From Mobula hypostoma (lineage: Eukaryota), in contig NC_086105.1 in NCBI RefSeq assembly GCF_963921235.1, positions 120,776,001-120,840,000 on the forward strand: 64,000 nt of DNA, in the 5' to 3' direction. Shown piece after piece: positions 26,350-38,645 of this stretch. Within the stretch, counting starts at the first letter, position 1; every line of letters starts with the position of its first letter. Below the pieces are notes generated by a model. That model ran no database searches. It was not told where the DNA came from and saw only the letters and a program-made list of their open reading frames with translations. The position numbers and the translations under genes were made by a program.

Positions 26350-26952
26350 TCCCCTTTTATTATCATTTAGTAATGCATGCATTAATAAATGAAACAATGT
26401 TTTTCCAAAATGATATCACGAAAACACATGACAAACCGACTTAAAAAACTAACAAAATACAAATAATTATAACATATAGTTACAACAGTGCAATGCAATA
26501 CCGTAATTTGATAAGAACAGACGATGGCACAGTAAAAGTCTCAAAGTCTCTCGAAAGTCCCATCATCTCACGCAGACGGTAAACCTCCAGCGCCGCCAAC
26601 TTGCCGATGCAGCATCCTAGAAGCATCCAACCACAGTCCGACTCAGAGTCCACCCGAAAACTCCGAGCCTCCAACCACCTCTTCGACATCGGGCACCGAG
26701 CACCATCTCTGTCGAGCATTTCGACCCCGGCCCTGGCAACAGGCAATAGGCAAAGCCGAGGATTTGGGGCCTTTGTCTCCGAAGATCCTTCACAGCAGCA
26801 GCGAAGCAGGCATTTCAGAAGTTACTCCAGATGTTCCCCTGCGCTTCTCACGGCTGTCTCCATCAAATCCGGATTGTGCACGGCCCCCTAGTTACACATA
26901 ATCGATATTCATTCGGAACGGTTGCGCGCGCTGCGTTGCGTCGCCATCTTCT
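26350..26952 (-). mobile_element. CpG-rich non-autonomous retroelement with Rex/Babar-like ends
   Basis: 5' end AAGATGGCGACG and 3' end AAATGATAATAAA resemble the ends of the 31742-34781 LINE; no coding similarity seen. Confidence 0.5.
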
Positions 26953-28059
26953 CCTCCTCCTACTATCATTTGATAGTAATCTTGGTTCTAAGTCTAGGTA
27001 TATGCAAGTTCTACTTAGAGACTGGTGTGCAAATATCTTGGGTGCCACTTCAGTTTATTTCTGAGCAAGAACTGCAAAGTGTTCTGAGCAAGAACTGCAA
27101 AGTGTGAAGGTGGGAGTCAGTAGAGACCGTAATGGGTTCAATACACAACATACTGTGCATTGACCTCTCACGAGCCAATAATGACTGCAGTGTATACTCT
27201 GTCCTAACTGGCAAAACTTCACTGACCTGCCCACGTAATTTGACAGTCTCTTCCTCCAATTAATCCCAGGCCAGCTGGTCTCATCAGTGTTTAGCGAGAG
27301 TCACATTCCCAGTCCCTTCATTTGTCACATTGCGACAGCAGTACATTGCAGCACATGATAATAAAAAGAAAAACTAGAAAATTACAATAAGAAATTAATA
27401 AAATATTACATCAGAGCAAAAAAGAAAAATAGTGAGGTAGGCTACATGGGTTCAATGCCCATGCAGAATTCTGATGGCAGATGATGCTAGTTTAAAGGCA
27501 CACAGCCAAAGATTTGTTTCTCAACTTAATAGGCAATGCCTTACAAAACAGCTTCCTTAGTACGAAGGAATGTGGAAATAAAATGAGTGTTCTTTGCTCT
27601 GAAATATTAAATCTGTTTCTCTCCATTCAGATACCACCTGACCAGTTGTGTATTTCCAGCATTTGTGCCTTTTTACGAGATTTACAGCACTGCAGCTTTT
27701 TATTTTACTTTATGAAAATATCTTTGTAGTCCATTCTTGATTGAATAAGAAAGCAAACACATTGATTTCTTTGGTATCCACCATTATCTTGTAAATGAAT
27801 AACAGTCCCTCAAACTTCTGTGCTACCTCAGATAACCTTGTTTACAGTTTATCTCTATGGTTTCACCCTCTTATCAGCTTGATGTCACCTCACACTCCCT
27901 GACCCTTGCTGTAGCTTCACGAACTTTTTTGTCTCCTTTTCAGTTTTGATGAAGAGTCTCTAAATAGAGATGGTAACTGTTTCTCTTCCTGCAGATGCAG
28001 CCCGACCTGCGGAGTAGTTACTACATTCTTTTGTTTTTGTTTTACCTCTCCTTTGCACA

Positions 28060-28510
28060 TATCCAGGACAAAGTAGTAGTGTGATCACTCGAGTATGATG
28101 TTCTATTGAGAGATTGTCTATTTGTGGGTCCTTGGGTGGCTGTAGAGGCTGAACCAAGATCCACATATTCTGGTGCAGTGTGGGCAAAAGTAAGAGGTGG
28201 CTGTGGTTAGTGGTTGAGTCTTTTGGTTTGCTGTCTGCAGCACAGCAGAGGTCACAGTCATTTAACGCAGTTCCCACTTAATCAGATTTCCTCTAAGTGT
28301 ATCTATTGAGTCCAATGTCTTCCCAGTTTTTAGATGTAACGTTGGATTTCTTCAGGCTGATTTTGATGTTATCTTTGAAGTGTTTCCTTTGCCCACCAGA
28401 AGCTCAATAACCTTCCTTCAACTGGGAGTAAAGGATCTGTTGGAGGAAACATGAGCTTGGCACTTGGATGACATAACCTGTCCATCAAAGTTGGTGTTGC
28501 TTTATCGATA
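28060..28510 (-). mobile_element. RTE-clade LINE 3' fragment, decayed
   Basis: QL*WTGYVIQVPSSCFLQQILYSQLKEG-like RTE C-terminal motif. Confidence 0.6.
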
Positions 28511-28701
28511 CACATTATCCATTCAAACAGATCAAAATCTGTTTGATTTTTTAAGTAAATGACAAATGTGAAATTCTTAAATGAACTTGGTTCTGTAGGA
28601 TTTCATGTTCCACTTCAATTGTTTTCTTTATGAACAATGTCAGGATAAATAACAATCCAAACAAACAATTTACAAATTGTAATGACTATTGGATCACTTA
28701 C

Positions 28702-28848
28702 ATTGATTGCAGCAATGGTCACCAAGTTAGATCCGTACAACTTCAACCACATTTCCTGAACAGATCTCCAGAACTCTCCTGTATGCTCCGGTGACTTCCC
28801 ATACATCTCAGTGATATCCAAGCCACCAGAAAAGATGTTGGGGATAGA
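28702..28848 (-). CDS. ECI1: ECI1 exon 4
   Basis: SIPNIFSGGLDITEMYGKSPEHTGEFWRSVQEMWLKLYGSNLVTIAAIN; 147 nt; acceptor tttag, donor gtaagt. Confidence 0.96.
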
Positions 28849-28989
28849 CTAAAATTGAAGCATAATTATATTTCATCCTTATGAAAGGTAGAAAAAAAAT
28901 CAAAGACTTAGAAAGCTTATTATGATCATCTTGTACTTTGGACTGATTTAATTTTAAGGTGAAATTCCTTATTGTACATATTGTTTCTT

Positions 28990-29827
28990 CAGGCCACACC
29001 ATTAATTCAGAAAGCTATGTTCCTTGGGAACAGATTCATTACTGTGTGAACATATGCCTGATATACCAACCAATGAGGAGCTGGCTTCTGTGCTCCACCC
29101 CTTGAACTCATTACTACAGATTGGGAAGAAATGGCAATGGACAAAGCAGTGTGAGGTGGCTTTCCAAAAGGTAAAAGAAATGGTGACGGCAGACACTTTA
29201 CTCACACATTATGTTTCACATCGTCCAGTGAAGCTTGCCACGCACTGCTTGGGATGCCAACACATCCAGAAGAAAGATATCCAGAGCTGTCAGAACCACT
29301 TCCTGCAGTCCCAGAGTCAGCTCCTACAACTACCATGGAGAAGGCCCCAGAATCCGAGATAGTTTCACAACCACAAGTCCCTCCTGCCAAGCAAAGTGAC
29401 CCACTCTCCTTGTCAGGAAAGACATTATCCCACAAGTGTAACAAAACCTCCACAGCAATTAAATCTTTAGGCATGCATGGGAAGATTTAAAATTTACTAT
29501 GCTGCGGATGTTTCGATATAATAGTTGTATCATATAGTATATTGTATATATGTTGAGTTACATTCTGTATTTGGTTGGAGTTTGTAGTTAAGCAGGGAGG
29601 AGTGTTGTGGATTTAATATTTCAGTGATATTTAAGTAAGCATTCTTTATTTGTTTAAATAATTTATTATGGGTTATATGTAAAAATACATGAAATGCATT
29701 CGTCATGATGCTACCACATGATGCCTATGTGTCTTGCTTAAAGTAAAAACAAAACTAGACACATTCTCCTGGGTTCCCATCTTTTTCTTGTAATTAGTTT
29801 CATGTCTTAAAGTTATAAAACGTAACA
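28990..29827 (+). mobile_element. Gypsy LTR retrotransposon remnant (RT/RH connection, IN fragment, PPT, 3' LTR 29603-29827)
   Basis: LHPLNSLLQIGKKWQWTKQCEVAFQKVK and HCLGCQH; PPT aagcagggaggag next to TGTTG...AACA. Confidence 0.8.
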
Positions 29828-30026
29828 GTGTTGAGAACAGATTCAATTAGAACATTTTAAAGATAATTATTTGTATGTTTCACTTGGAACAAAAGAAATC
29901 TACAGAAGAACTGTATAAAGAACACAATGAATGTAGTCATTCTACCAAAGAGCCTGCATAATCCTGATAGAATAAATGCTATGTTATTCCATGAATAAAT
30001 TAACCAGGATCATTGACCATACATAC

Positions 30027-30154
30027 AGAAGTGAGGATAACTCCACGACATCCTCGGTCCATCTCAAGTTTTTCTAGGTTAATTGCAAACTCTGTGAGAA
30101 ATTCCAGGTTTAGACTGTTAACGGGAGGCTTCTTCATTTTAATCACAGCAACTC
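30027..30154 (-). CDS. ECI1: ECI1 exon 3
   Basis: (G)VAVIKMKKPPVNSLNLEFLTEFAINLEKLEMDRGCRGVILTS; 128 nt; acceptor tttcag, donor gtatgt. Confidence 0.95.
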
Positions 30155-30901
30155 CTGAAAATAAATGATAAGTTTTAAACTCTTTTTTTTGTCATCCTTT
30201 TATGCAATGAAAAGTGAGTCAGAAGTTGATGGCGAACAGGAAAAAAATACGGATTTTGACCAGAGGGTAAGGAGGCTTTGCACATCTATTAAAAACATTT
30301 ATAGAGTTATAGTGATAGCTGTTCCATTTCTGCTACAATGAATTCACTGTCTACAGTGGAATAACTGCAATGTCTTGAAATGGTTGTATACACAGCGCAG
30401 TTGAAAATCTCTGGCTTTTTGAAATACATGATTCAATCCCTACCCCTGAACTTTAGCATATAATTTCAGTCATCAATAACCTCATGTTTAATTTTGTTTT
30501 AGTTCCACAGTTGATGGGAGATTCAGTAAGTAAAAGGTAAGTAATTACCCTTCTATAGAATCATGTAAGATCCAGACCATTCACCATCTCTATAGCCGGT
30601 CCTTCAAAACTCACTGGGAGATCAGTAATTTGGCGATTTTTAAGTTTTCAAGATCAACATCTTCTCTGGTAACATTTTTTAACAAATCCTTCAGTTTACC
30701 ATTCTCACTTATCCCTCTGCTCTTTAGTTAATTTGTCGGGGAAGATGCAGAAAATCGAACACAAAGGAATTTGTTTAATTCTTTTGTCATTTTCTTACTT
30801 TCGTTTGTAAATTCTCCTGTCCCTTTCTGCAGGGAGCCCATATTCCTCCCCCCCCCATTATATTGGCAAAAGTTTACAGAGGCAGATTATTCTGTATTTA
30901 C

Positions 30902-31039
30902 CTGAATTGTTGTCAAGTTCCACGACCATGTTCTTATTTGTGAATGATCTCCTCTGACCTGATGCCCTACATGGTAACTGGCATAAAATCCTTCCTGGCT
31001 TATACTGTAAATTCTTAATACTGTTAAGTGATGCATGTC
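30902..31039 (-). CDS. ECI1: ECI1 exon 2 (mitochondrial transit peptide region)
   Basis: (G)HASLNSIKNLQYKPGRILCQLPCRASGQRRSFTNKNMVVELDNNS(G); strong T-tract acceptor, donor gtaaat, phase 1/1. Confidence 0.85.
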
Positions 31040-31741
31040 CTAAAACACAAAAAAAAATTGCAGCTGTTATATGGAGAGGGAATGCGAAAATCTAATCCTA
31101 GCCATATCTCTTTCGTTGTGTGGTACAGTAATAATCTTACACTTCTTATTAAATTGATCTCATGAGGACACAAGGAACATGAACAGTACTAGGTCACACG
31201 GCCCATCAATAAGATCATGGATGATAGGACCTTGCATTCAATGCCACCTTCCTGCCCCTTCTCCTTTATGCATAATTCTCCAATTGTCTAAAAATCCATC
31301 TATTCAGTAATTCCATTTCCAAGACTCTGTTGTAGAGCATTCCAAATATTGTCAACTCACAGATTCAAGCCTTCTTCATCTTCCTCTTAAATAGCAAATT
31401 CCCTTTAATCTGAAACTTGGTCCTGATTCTACTTTCCTCTCAGAATCTAATGTTTTCAAAGTCATTTGAGTCTCTAAACTCTGCTGAATACAGATTCAAC
31501 CTTTCCTCATCCAACCCTCCCCCCAATCTATTCCAGGAATCAACCTCTTGAACCTTCTCTGAATTAACTCCAATATATTTAAGTATACTTACATATGGAG
31601 ACCAACAGTGAACATAGTGTTCACCAAAGCCCAGCACAGTTGTGGCAAGATCTCTGTACACATGTACTCTACTTCCCTTTCAATAAAGGGCAATAGTTCA
31701 TTGCTTTCCTTACAACTTGCTGCATCTGCATGTTAACTACG

Positions 31742-34700
31742 AAGTCAAGTTTATTATCATTTAAATATATATATGTATATAACGTATAGAACCATACAAC
31801 ATTATATAGAAACAAGCTATTTCTTCGAGCCAGGGAGTAAAGCACAGTAGTACACATAACACACAATAACTTATGAAGGTACGTATAAGTCTACAGATGA
31901 ATCACACATAAATCACAAGCTAAAGTGCATTAATTTTAAATATTGGAAGGTACGGAACAGATTAACCAGTGACACTTTGAATACGATGCGGCCAGGAGTG
32001 CAGAAACCTAATGGCCTGGGGGAAGAAACAGTTTCTCATCCTGACCATTCTTGTTTTTATGCATCATAGTCTCCTGCCTGATGGTAGAAAGTCAAAGAGG
32101 ATGCTGGATGGCTGGGTGGGATCCTTAATAATAGTAAGGGCCCTACATATGCAGCACTCCTGATAAATGTCTCCGGTAGATGGTAGAGAGACCCCTACGA
32201 TCCTCTCAGCTGTTCTCACAGCTCACAGTCCTTTGTAGGGACTTCTGGTCCAATACTCAACTCCTCCCATACCAGATGGAGGTACAACCTGTCAGGATGC
32301 TCTCAATGGTGCTCCTGTAAAACACAGTTAAAATGGGGGCTAGGAGCCTTGTCTGCCTCAATCTTAGGAAGTGGAGGTGATGCTGTGCCTTCTTGTTCAG
32401 GGAGATAATATTAAGGGACCGGGTGAGGTCATCCATGATGTGAACTCTCAGGAACTTAGTGCACTTAACTCTCTCTACATAGAGCCATGTACTCGCAGAG
32501 GGGGATGGTTCGTCTACACCTTCTTTAACTCCACAATGATTTCCTTTGTCTTCTCCAAGTTCAGGCTTAGGTGGCTGTTCTCACACCAGCCGCTCCGCTT
32601 CCTCTCTATACTCCGTTCATCATCGTTCTTGATAAGGCCCACCACTGTTGTGTCACCTGCAAACTTAATGACACGGTTTGAGCTGGATCCTGTCATGTGT
32701 CAGCAGTGTGACCAGTAGCGGACTGCTCAACGTAATGGGACTAGAGATGTTGCTGCCCACACGGTCTGACTGTGGCCTTACTGTTAAGAAGTCCAGTATC
32801 CAATTGCAGAGGGAGGTGTTGAGACCCAGTGAGGACAGTTTTCCCACCAGTTTCTGGGGTATGACGGCGTTGAACGCCAGACTGAAGTATATAAACAGCA
32901 GTCTGGTATATGAGACCCCATTTTCCAATTGGGACAGGACAGAGTGGAGAGCAGAGGCTATTGCATCATCAGTGGATCAACTTGAGTGAGAATTGAACTG
33001 GAAAGGATCTAGTGTAGCCGGGAGAAAGGCTTTAATGTGCTCCAGGACCAGCCGCTCAAAGCATTTCATTATGGTTGATGTTAATGCCACCAAACAATAG
33101 TCATTTAGGCAGGTTACTGTCTCGTTCTTTGGCACTGGAATGACGGCCACCTTGAAAGCCAAAGGGACAATGGATTGTTCCAGAGAGATGTTGAATATAT
33201 CCGTCAGCTGGGCTGTAGTCTTTCAGAACCGGACCTGGTATATTATCGGGCCCCGCAACTTTGCATGGGTCGACTCTGGCCAGGGTCTGCCTCACCTCGG
33301 CTTCAGCCATACAGAGTATCTGTTCACCTGGGGGAAGGGGTTCCTTCCTCACCAGCACTTTTTTCTGCGCATCAAACTGGATATAGAGTATATTGAACCT
33401 CTCAGGAAGTGAAGCATCCTGGTAAAGCATCATGAGTCCTGATGAAGGCCCGAAGCGTCGACTATACTCTTTTCCATAGATGCTGCCCAGCCTGATGAGT
33501 TCCTCTAGTGTTCTGTGTGTGTGTCACAATCCCTCAGCCTGGCACGGACCTTTGCAGTAAGCCATAGCATCTGATTTGCCCGCACCTGGATGTGTTTCAT
33601 GATGGTAACATTCTCAGTACACTTCTCTATGTAGCTGGTCGCAGAGTCCACATATTCCTCAATATTAACATGGTTGCCATAGGTAGCAGCCTCCCTGAAT
33701 ATTCTCCAGTTCCTATTATCAAAGCAGTCCTGTGGTGCAGAGACTGCACTGTCGGACTATGTTTCTGCCACCTTTAGAACTGGTTTGACCCGTTTGATCA
33801 ATGGTTTGTATGCTGGAATTAACATGACAAATACGTGATCTGTGAGGCCAAGGTGGGATTGAGCAACTGCTTTATAGGCACTTGGTATGTTATTGTAAAC
33901 CAGGTCTAGTGTATTTTCTATAGTGTATACCTCTGGTAGCAAAATCAACATGCTGGTGGAATTCAGACAGGACTGTCTTTAGGTTCACATGGTTAAAATC
34001 GCTTGTGATGATTAAAATACCTTCAGGGTGCTTAGTTTGAAAATACTGATAGCGCTGTATACCAACACAGTGCATCGCTGGCATTAGCAGAGAGGGTGTG
34101 GTGATATATACAGCTGCCAATGCAATTGTGGTGAACTCCCTCAATAAATAAAATGGTTTGCACTTCACAAAAGTGAACTCAATCATTGGTGAACAATGGG
34201 GCACCACTGTTAAAGCGTCTGTACACCAGTTTTTATTTATGTAAATATAGATATTACCACCGCATGCCTTGTCTGAGATTGCTGGATTCCTGTCAACCTG
34301 AAACGCACTGAAACCCTCCAGCTGGATGACTGTGTCTGGGATGGATTCATGAAGTCTTGATTCCATGAGAATGTGTGCACAGAAGTTTCTACCTCACTGT
34401 TTCAGTCTCAGGCACAGGTAGTCCAGTTTATTTTCAAGTGAGCGGACGTTTGCCAGTAAGAATGAGGGGAGAGCTGACCTGAAGGGCTTCAACCTAAGTT
34501 GTTCCTGAATTCCAACGTGTTTTCCCCCTTTTCGTTTCTTTGCGCTCCTCTTCCTATGGTATCACTCACGGAGGTCTGTAGCAGGCAATGGTGTGCACAA
34601 TAAGCCCAGACTGCCGAGCTCCTCTGCAGTTCAACAGTTCATAATGAGGTAGAATTGCAGTGTACAGTATATTTCATAGCTGGTTGCATTTTCCGATCGT

Positions 34701-34781
34701 GACAAAGACATACCGGACACGGACGAGCTGTTACGTCCAGAGATGATGTGGTCGCTGCGTCTGAACACGCCGTCATCTTGG
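31742..34781 (-). mobile_element. Near full-length Rex1/Babar LINE (APE + RT), frameshifted
   Basis: [51 protein letters not shown]; 5' end CCAAGATGACGGCG. Confidence 0.9.
33433..33522 (+). mobile_element. Short Penelope pLTR fragment nested in Rex/Babar
   Basis: agtcctgatgaaggcccgaagcgtcgact (deleted hammerhead) then atagatgctgcc...tgtgtgtg. Confidence 0.75.
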
Positions 34782-35269
34782 AAAGTGTTTCATGATCTCT
34801 CTATGCAGCAGCATTCAGTAGTCCCCCCATTTAAACAGTATTTTACTTCTCCATTTTAGCTTTGAAAATGAATAACATCACATTATACCCCATCAGCCAT
34901 TGTTTTGATCACTCAATTAATCTATCTATATCCCTTTGCAGACATGTTGCATCATTTTCCTACAACTTGCTTTCCCAAATATCATTGTGACAGGTGTAAA
35001 TTGAGATTTCGCTAATCATGGCTCATCTAAGTGTGAATGGTTATCTAATCTTCTATCTGTTCTACTGTCCCCAGAGCAATAAGCTCTTACCTTCTTGTGC
35101 TGCCTCACCAAAGAACCCTTGAAAATCCAGATCCTCATTCACCTTTCTCTGTCCTGATAGTTATAATGTCACAGAGCTATAGTAAATCGACCAAGCCCCA
35201 CTTCTTTTTCACAAAGCCATGTTGACTCCAGCAACTTGCCTTGGAACTACTTAACTTCTATTCTTTTTT

Positions 35270-35460
35270 TTTAAATTTAGAGATACAGCATGCAATAGGC
35301 CCTTCCCCGCAACCCACCTCATTTAACCTGAGGCTAATCACAGGACAATTTACAATGACCAATTAAGCTACTAACTGCAATGTCTTTGCAATGTGGGAAG
35401 AAACCAGAGCACCAAGAGAAAACCCATGCACTCTAGGGGAAGGACTTACAAACTTCTGAT
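35270..35460 (-). mobile_element. V-SINE/HE1-like fragment
   Basis: Same family as 13300-13500 (caggacaatttacaatgaccaattaa). Confidence 0.65.
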
Positions 35461-35649
35461 GCTATTTCATTCCCATAGCAACTCCAACAACAGCTTCTAA
35501 ATAAAAGCTGAAAATAAATCTTGACATTGGGCCAGAGAATTGTATTCAGTTATGAAATAAATAATAGCTCCTGATGACAAATATGAAAATAAATGAGGGA
35601 AGAACCTAGAATGTAATAATGTAGGGGACAATTAATACAGTAAATAAAA

Positions 35650-35970
35650 TCCCCTCCACCCCTCTATTCTCCACTCTGGCCCTTTTATTTTCTTGTCACT
35701 TACCTATTACATCCCCCTGGGTCGCCTCCTCCTATAGTCCACTCTTCTCTCCTATCTGATTCTTTCTTCTCCAGCCCTCGACTTTTCCTACCCACCTGGC
35801 TTCACCTATCACCTTTCAGCTATCCTTCCCCTCTTTCCACCTTTTATTCTGGCATCTTCCCCCTTCCTTCTCAGTCCTGAAGAAGGGGATTAGACTGAAA
35901 CATTGACTGTTTCTTCATTTCCATAGATGCTGCCTGGCCTGCTGAGTTCCTCCAGCACTTTGTGTGTGCT
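35650..35970 (+). mobile_element. Penelope-like 3' end with hammerhead motif at 35873-35908
   Basis: Pyrimidine-rich body, agtcctgaagaagg..ctgaaacattgact, pLTR terminus. Confidence 0.8.
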
Positions 35971-37429
35971 GAGTAGAATAGCCTGTTTGAGGAAGAGTAA
36001 TGAAAGAGGAGAGAATCCAAATAGAAGTGGACCAGCACACCATGAATACACAAAATAGAAAACGTTCAGCAAGTTCACAAAATACTAAATCTCAGAAGAT
36101 AAGAGACTGCATAAGAAGTGGAACTAAGTGTCTTATTAAACGCAGGAGCTTATGTTGGACTTGACTTTTTCCGTTTTAACCGAGAAAGCTGAAAAAAGGG
36201 TCAAACTATTTTTGAATTTTTATCTCAGCCATAAACATCCTTGCTTGCAATAATTATCAACCAGGCAGATTTTCTTGGCTGAACTGCAAATGATTCGGCC
36301 CACTGCTCTGACTCAGTCCCCACCCCTACGTTTAAGTTTATGTGGATGCCAGTTCATACTGTCTTAGGACTTTCAATCTCAGAGTCAGGTGACAGGGCAC
36401 AATTACATCCCACACAACCTATCACAGATGCTTGTTTTCTGAATATTCTGGCAGCCTTTGACAGAGCAATGTTCCGTTGCCAGTCTGAGGGGTTCTGTGA
36501 ATGCTTACATAGCTCTGCTAGTCAGACACAAGTGAAACGAATAAACTATTTTAATTAAGAAACAATAAATACATTATTTGTTTTTCTATAAAAGTATTCA
36601 AGTTATTAAAACATTATAGCATGAATAAATATTCAAATGCACTAATAAACATTCATTAGTATTTAAAATGACAAATGAGGATTTCCATCCTACAGTAGGT
36701 TGGATGATGCAGAGGAATCCTAGACTTATTTTCCGATTCCATGTGGAATTCAGTGGTAGGACACAGTACGGTATGGTCTTAGATGCAAGTGGCAGCTTCC
36801 TTACAGATTTGACACCTACAGCACTGTAATGAGCCAATATTTTCACTCATTTTTCTTTAAAAATACCATATGTGGCTTTCAAAACACATATTAACTGCAG
36901 ATAATAAATAAATCATCTTATATGAAACCAAGTTATGAAGAAACAGCCAGAAGTTTTAAACTAGTACTGATTAAATGTGAATTATCTGCAAAGCATTACT
37001 CAGTCAGTACAAACTGAGCAACTTCATTTGTCACTTTAAAACCAATCACAAGTTGTCATCTATGGTTACCTTGTATGAATATAAGGTGATTACATAGTCA
37101 TAGTCATACTTTATTGATCCCAGGGGAAATTGGTTAATTTTTAAATCATACCCCATAGTTTAGATGAAGATAACACAAAATTTCTGTAAGTAATAAATTA
37201 AATATCAATTTTGTGCCTCGTTACAGAGAAACAGTATTCTTGATCTCCCAGGTTGGTGCTAATGTTGAGAACTAAATACAAGGCAATTTGAAGTAATCAG
37301 CTTTACTCAATGAAGCCACAAAGAAAACAAATTACAAAAATATTTTTCATTATTTCTGGATAAAAGAAAAATGTTGGATATAGTGGTGGTAAAATAAACA
37401 ATCATGGTGCTTATGTAAAGACTATAAGT

Positions 37430-38085
37430 GGCTATATTTTCATCAGGAGTTGAGGAGATTTGGTTTGTCACCTAAAACACACAAAAACTTCTACAAATGT
37501 AACATGGAGAGCATTCTCACTGGCTGAATCACTGTCTGGTTTTGGGGGGAGGTGCTACTGCACAGGATCGTAGTAAGCTGTAGAGAGCTATAAGATTAGT
37601 CAGCTCCATCATGGGTACTAGGCATCCAAGGTATCTTCAAGGAGCCTCAGAGAAGTGGCTTTATCAAGGTCCCCCACCACCAAGGACATGCTCCCTTCTC
37701 ATTGTTACCATCAGGAAGGAGGTACAGAAACCTGAATGTACACACTCAGTGATTCAGGACAGCTTCATCCCCTCTCCCATCCAATTTCCAAATGTCATTC
37801 AATCAATGAATACTACCTCACAAATTCTTTTTAAAAATTCTGTTTTTTGTACTACTTATCTTAATTTATCATGAATTGCATTGTACTGCTGCTGCAAAGT
37901 CAACAAATTTCACGACAAATGCCGGTGATATTAAGCAACACACATAAAAAACGTCAACTGTACCTCTTCCTATAGATGCTGTCTGGCCTGCTGCGTTCAC
38001 CAGCAATTTTTATGTGTGTTGCTTGAAATTCCAACATCTGCAGATTTCCTCGTGTTTCCGGTGATATTACGCCTGATTCTGATTG
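37430..38085 (+). mobile_element. Rex1/Babar 3' portion with a Penelope mini-element (37934-38057) in its tail
   Basis: ctatattttcatcaggagttgaggagatt motif; insertion flanked by 12-bp TSD CCGGTGATATTA. Confidence 0.8.
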
Positions 38086-38249
38086 TAGCTGACAAATTAT
38101 TGGAAAGTACCAAGTGCCTACATTAATATCTCTGTTACGCTGTATGTAGATTTTACCAAACTCTTGAAATCCATCCCAAACATCCAGGATTTCTTCTGTT
38201 CATTGCATCAACTATCACAATCTCCAAAAGCAGGCAATTGCAATATGAA

Positions 38250-38645
38250 TTCCAACACAAAATGGGGATGGAACTGGACTCTCTGACGGTGGTGTCTGAA
38301 AAGAGGATGCTGTCCAAGTTGCATGCCATCTTGGACAATTCTCCCATCCACTACATAATGTACTGGTTGGGCACAGGAGTACATTCAGCCAGAGACTCAT
38401 TCCACCAAGATGCAACACAGAGCGTCATAGGAGGTTATTCCTGCCTGTGGCCTTCAAACTTTACAACTCCTTCCTTAGAGGGTCAGACACCCTGAGCCAA
38501 TAGGCTGGTCCTGAACTTATTTCCTGGCATAATTTACATATTACTATTTAACTATTTATGGTTTTATTACTATTTAATTACTTATGGTGCAACTGTAATG
38601 AAAACCAATTTCCCCCGGGATCAATAAAGTATGACTATGACTACT
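38250..38645 (+). mobile_element. Rex1 3' end with (ATGACT)n tail
   Basis: ELDSLTVVSEKRMLSKLHAILDN; ends ggatcaataaagtatgactatgacta. Confidence 0.8.

Larger units (their letters stand above)
31175..35240 (-). mobile_element. Old CR1 split by a Rex1/Babar insertion
   Basis: CR1 motifs (QMQQVVRKA, EHYVHCWSPY) end near 31740 and resume at about 34785 (gtttcatgatctct). Confidence 0.65.

Noticed and set aside
36598-36846. Candidate ECI1 exon 2
   Set aside because: No suitable donor or homology; 30902-31039 fits phase, splice signals and expected sequence
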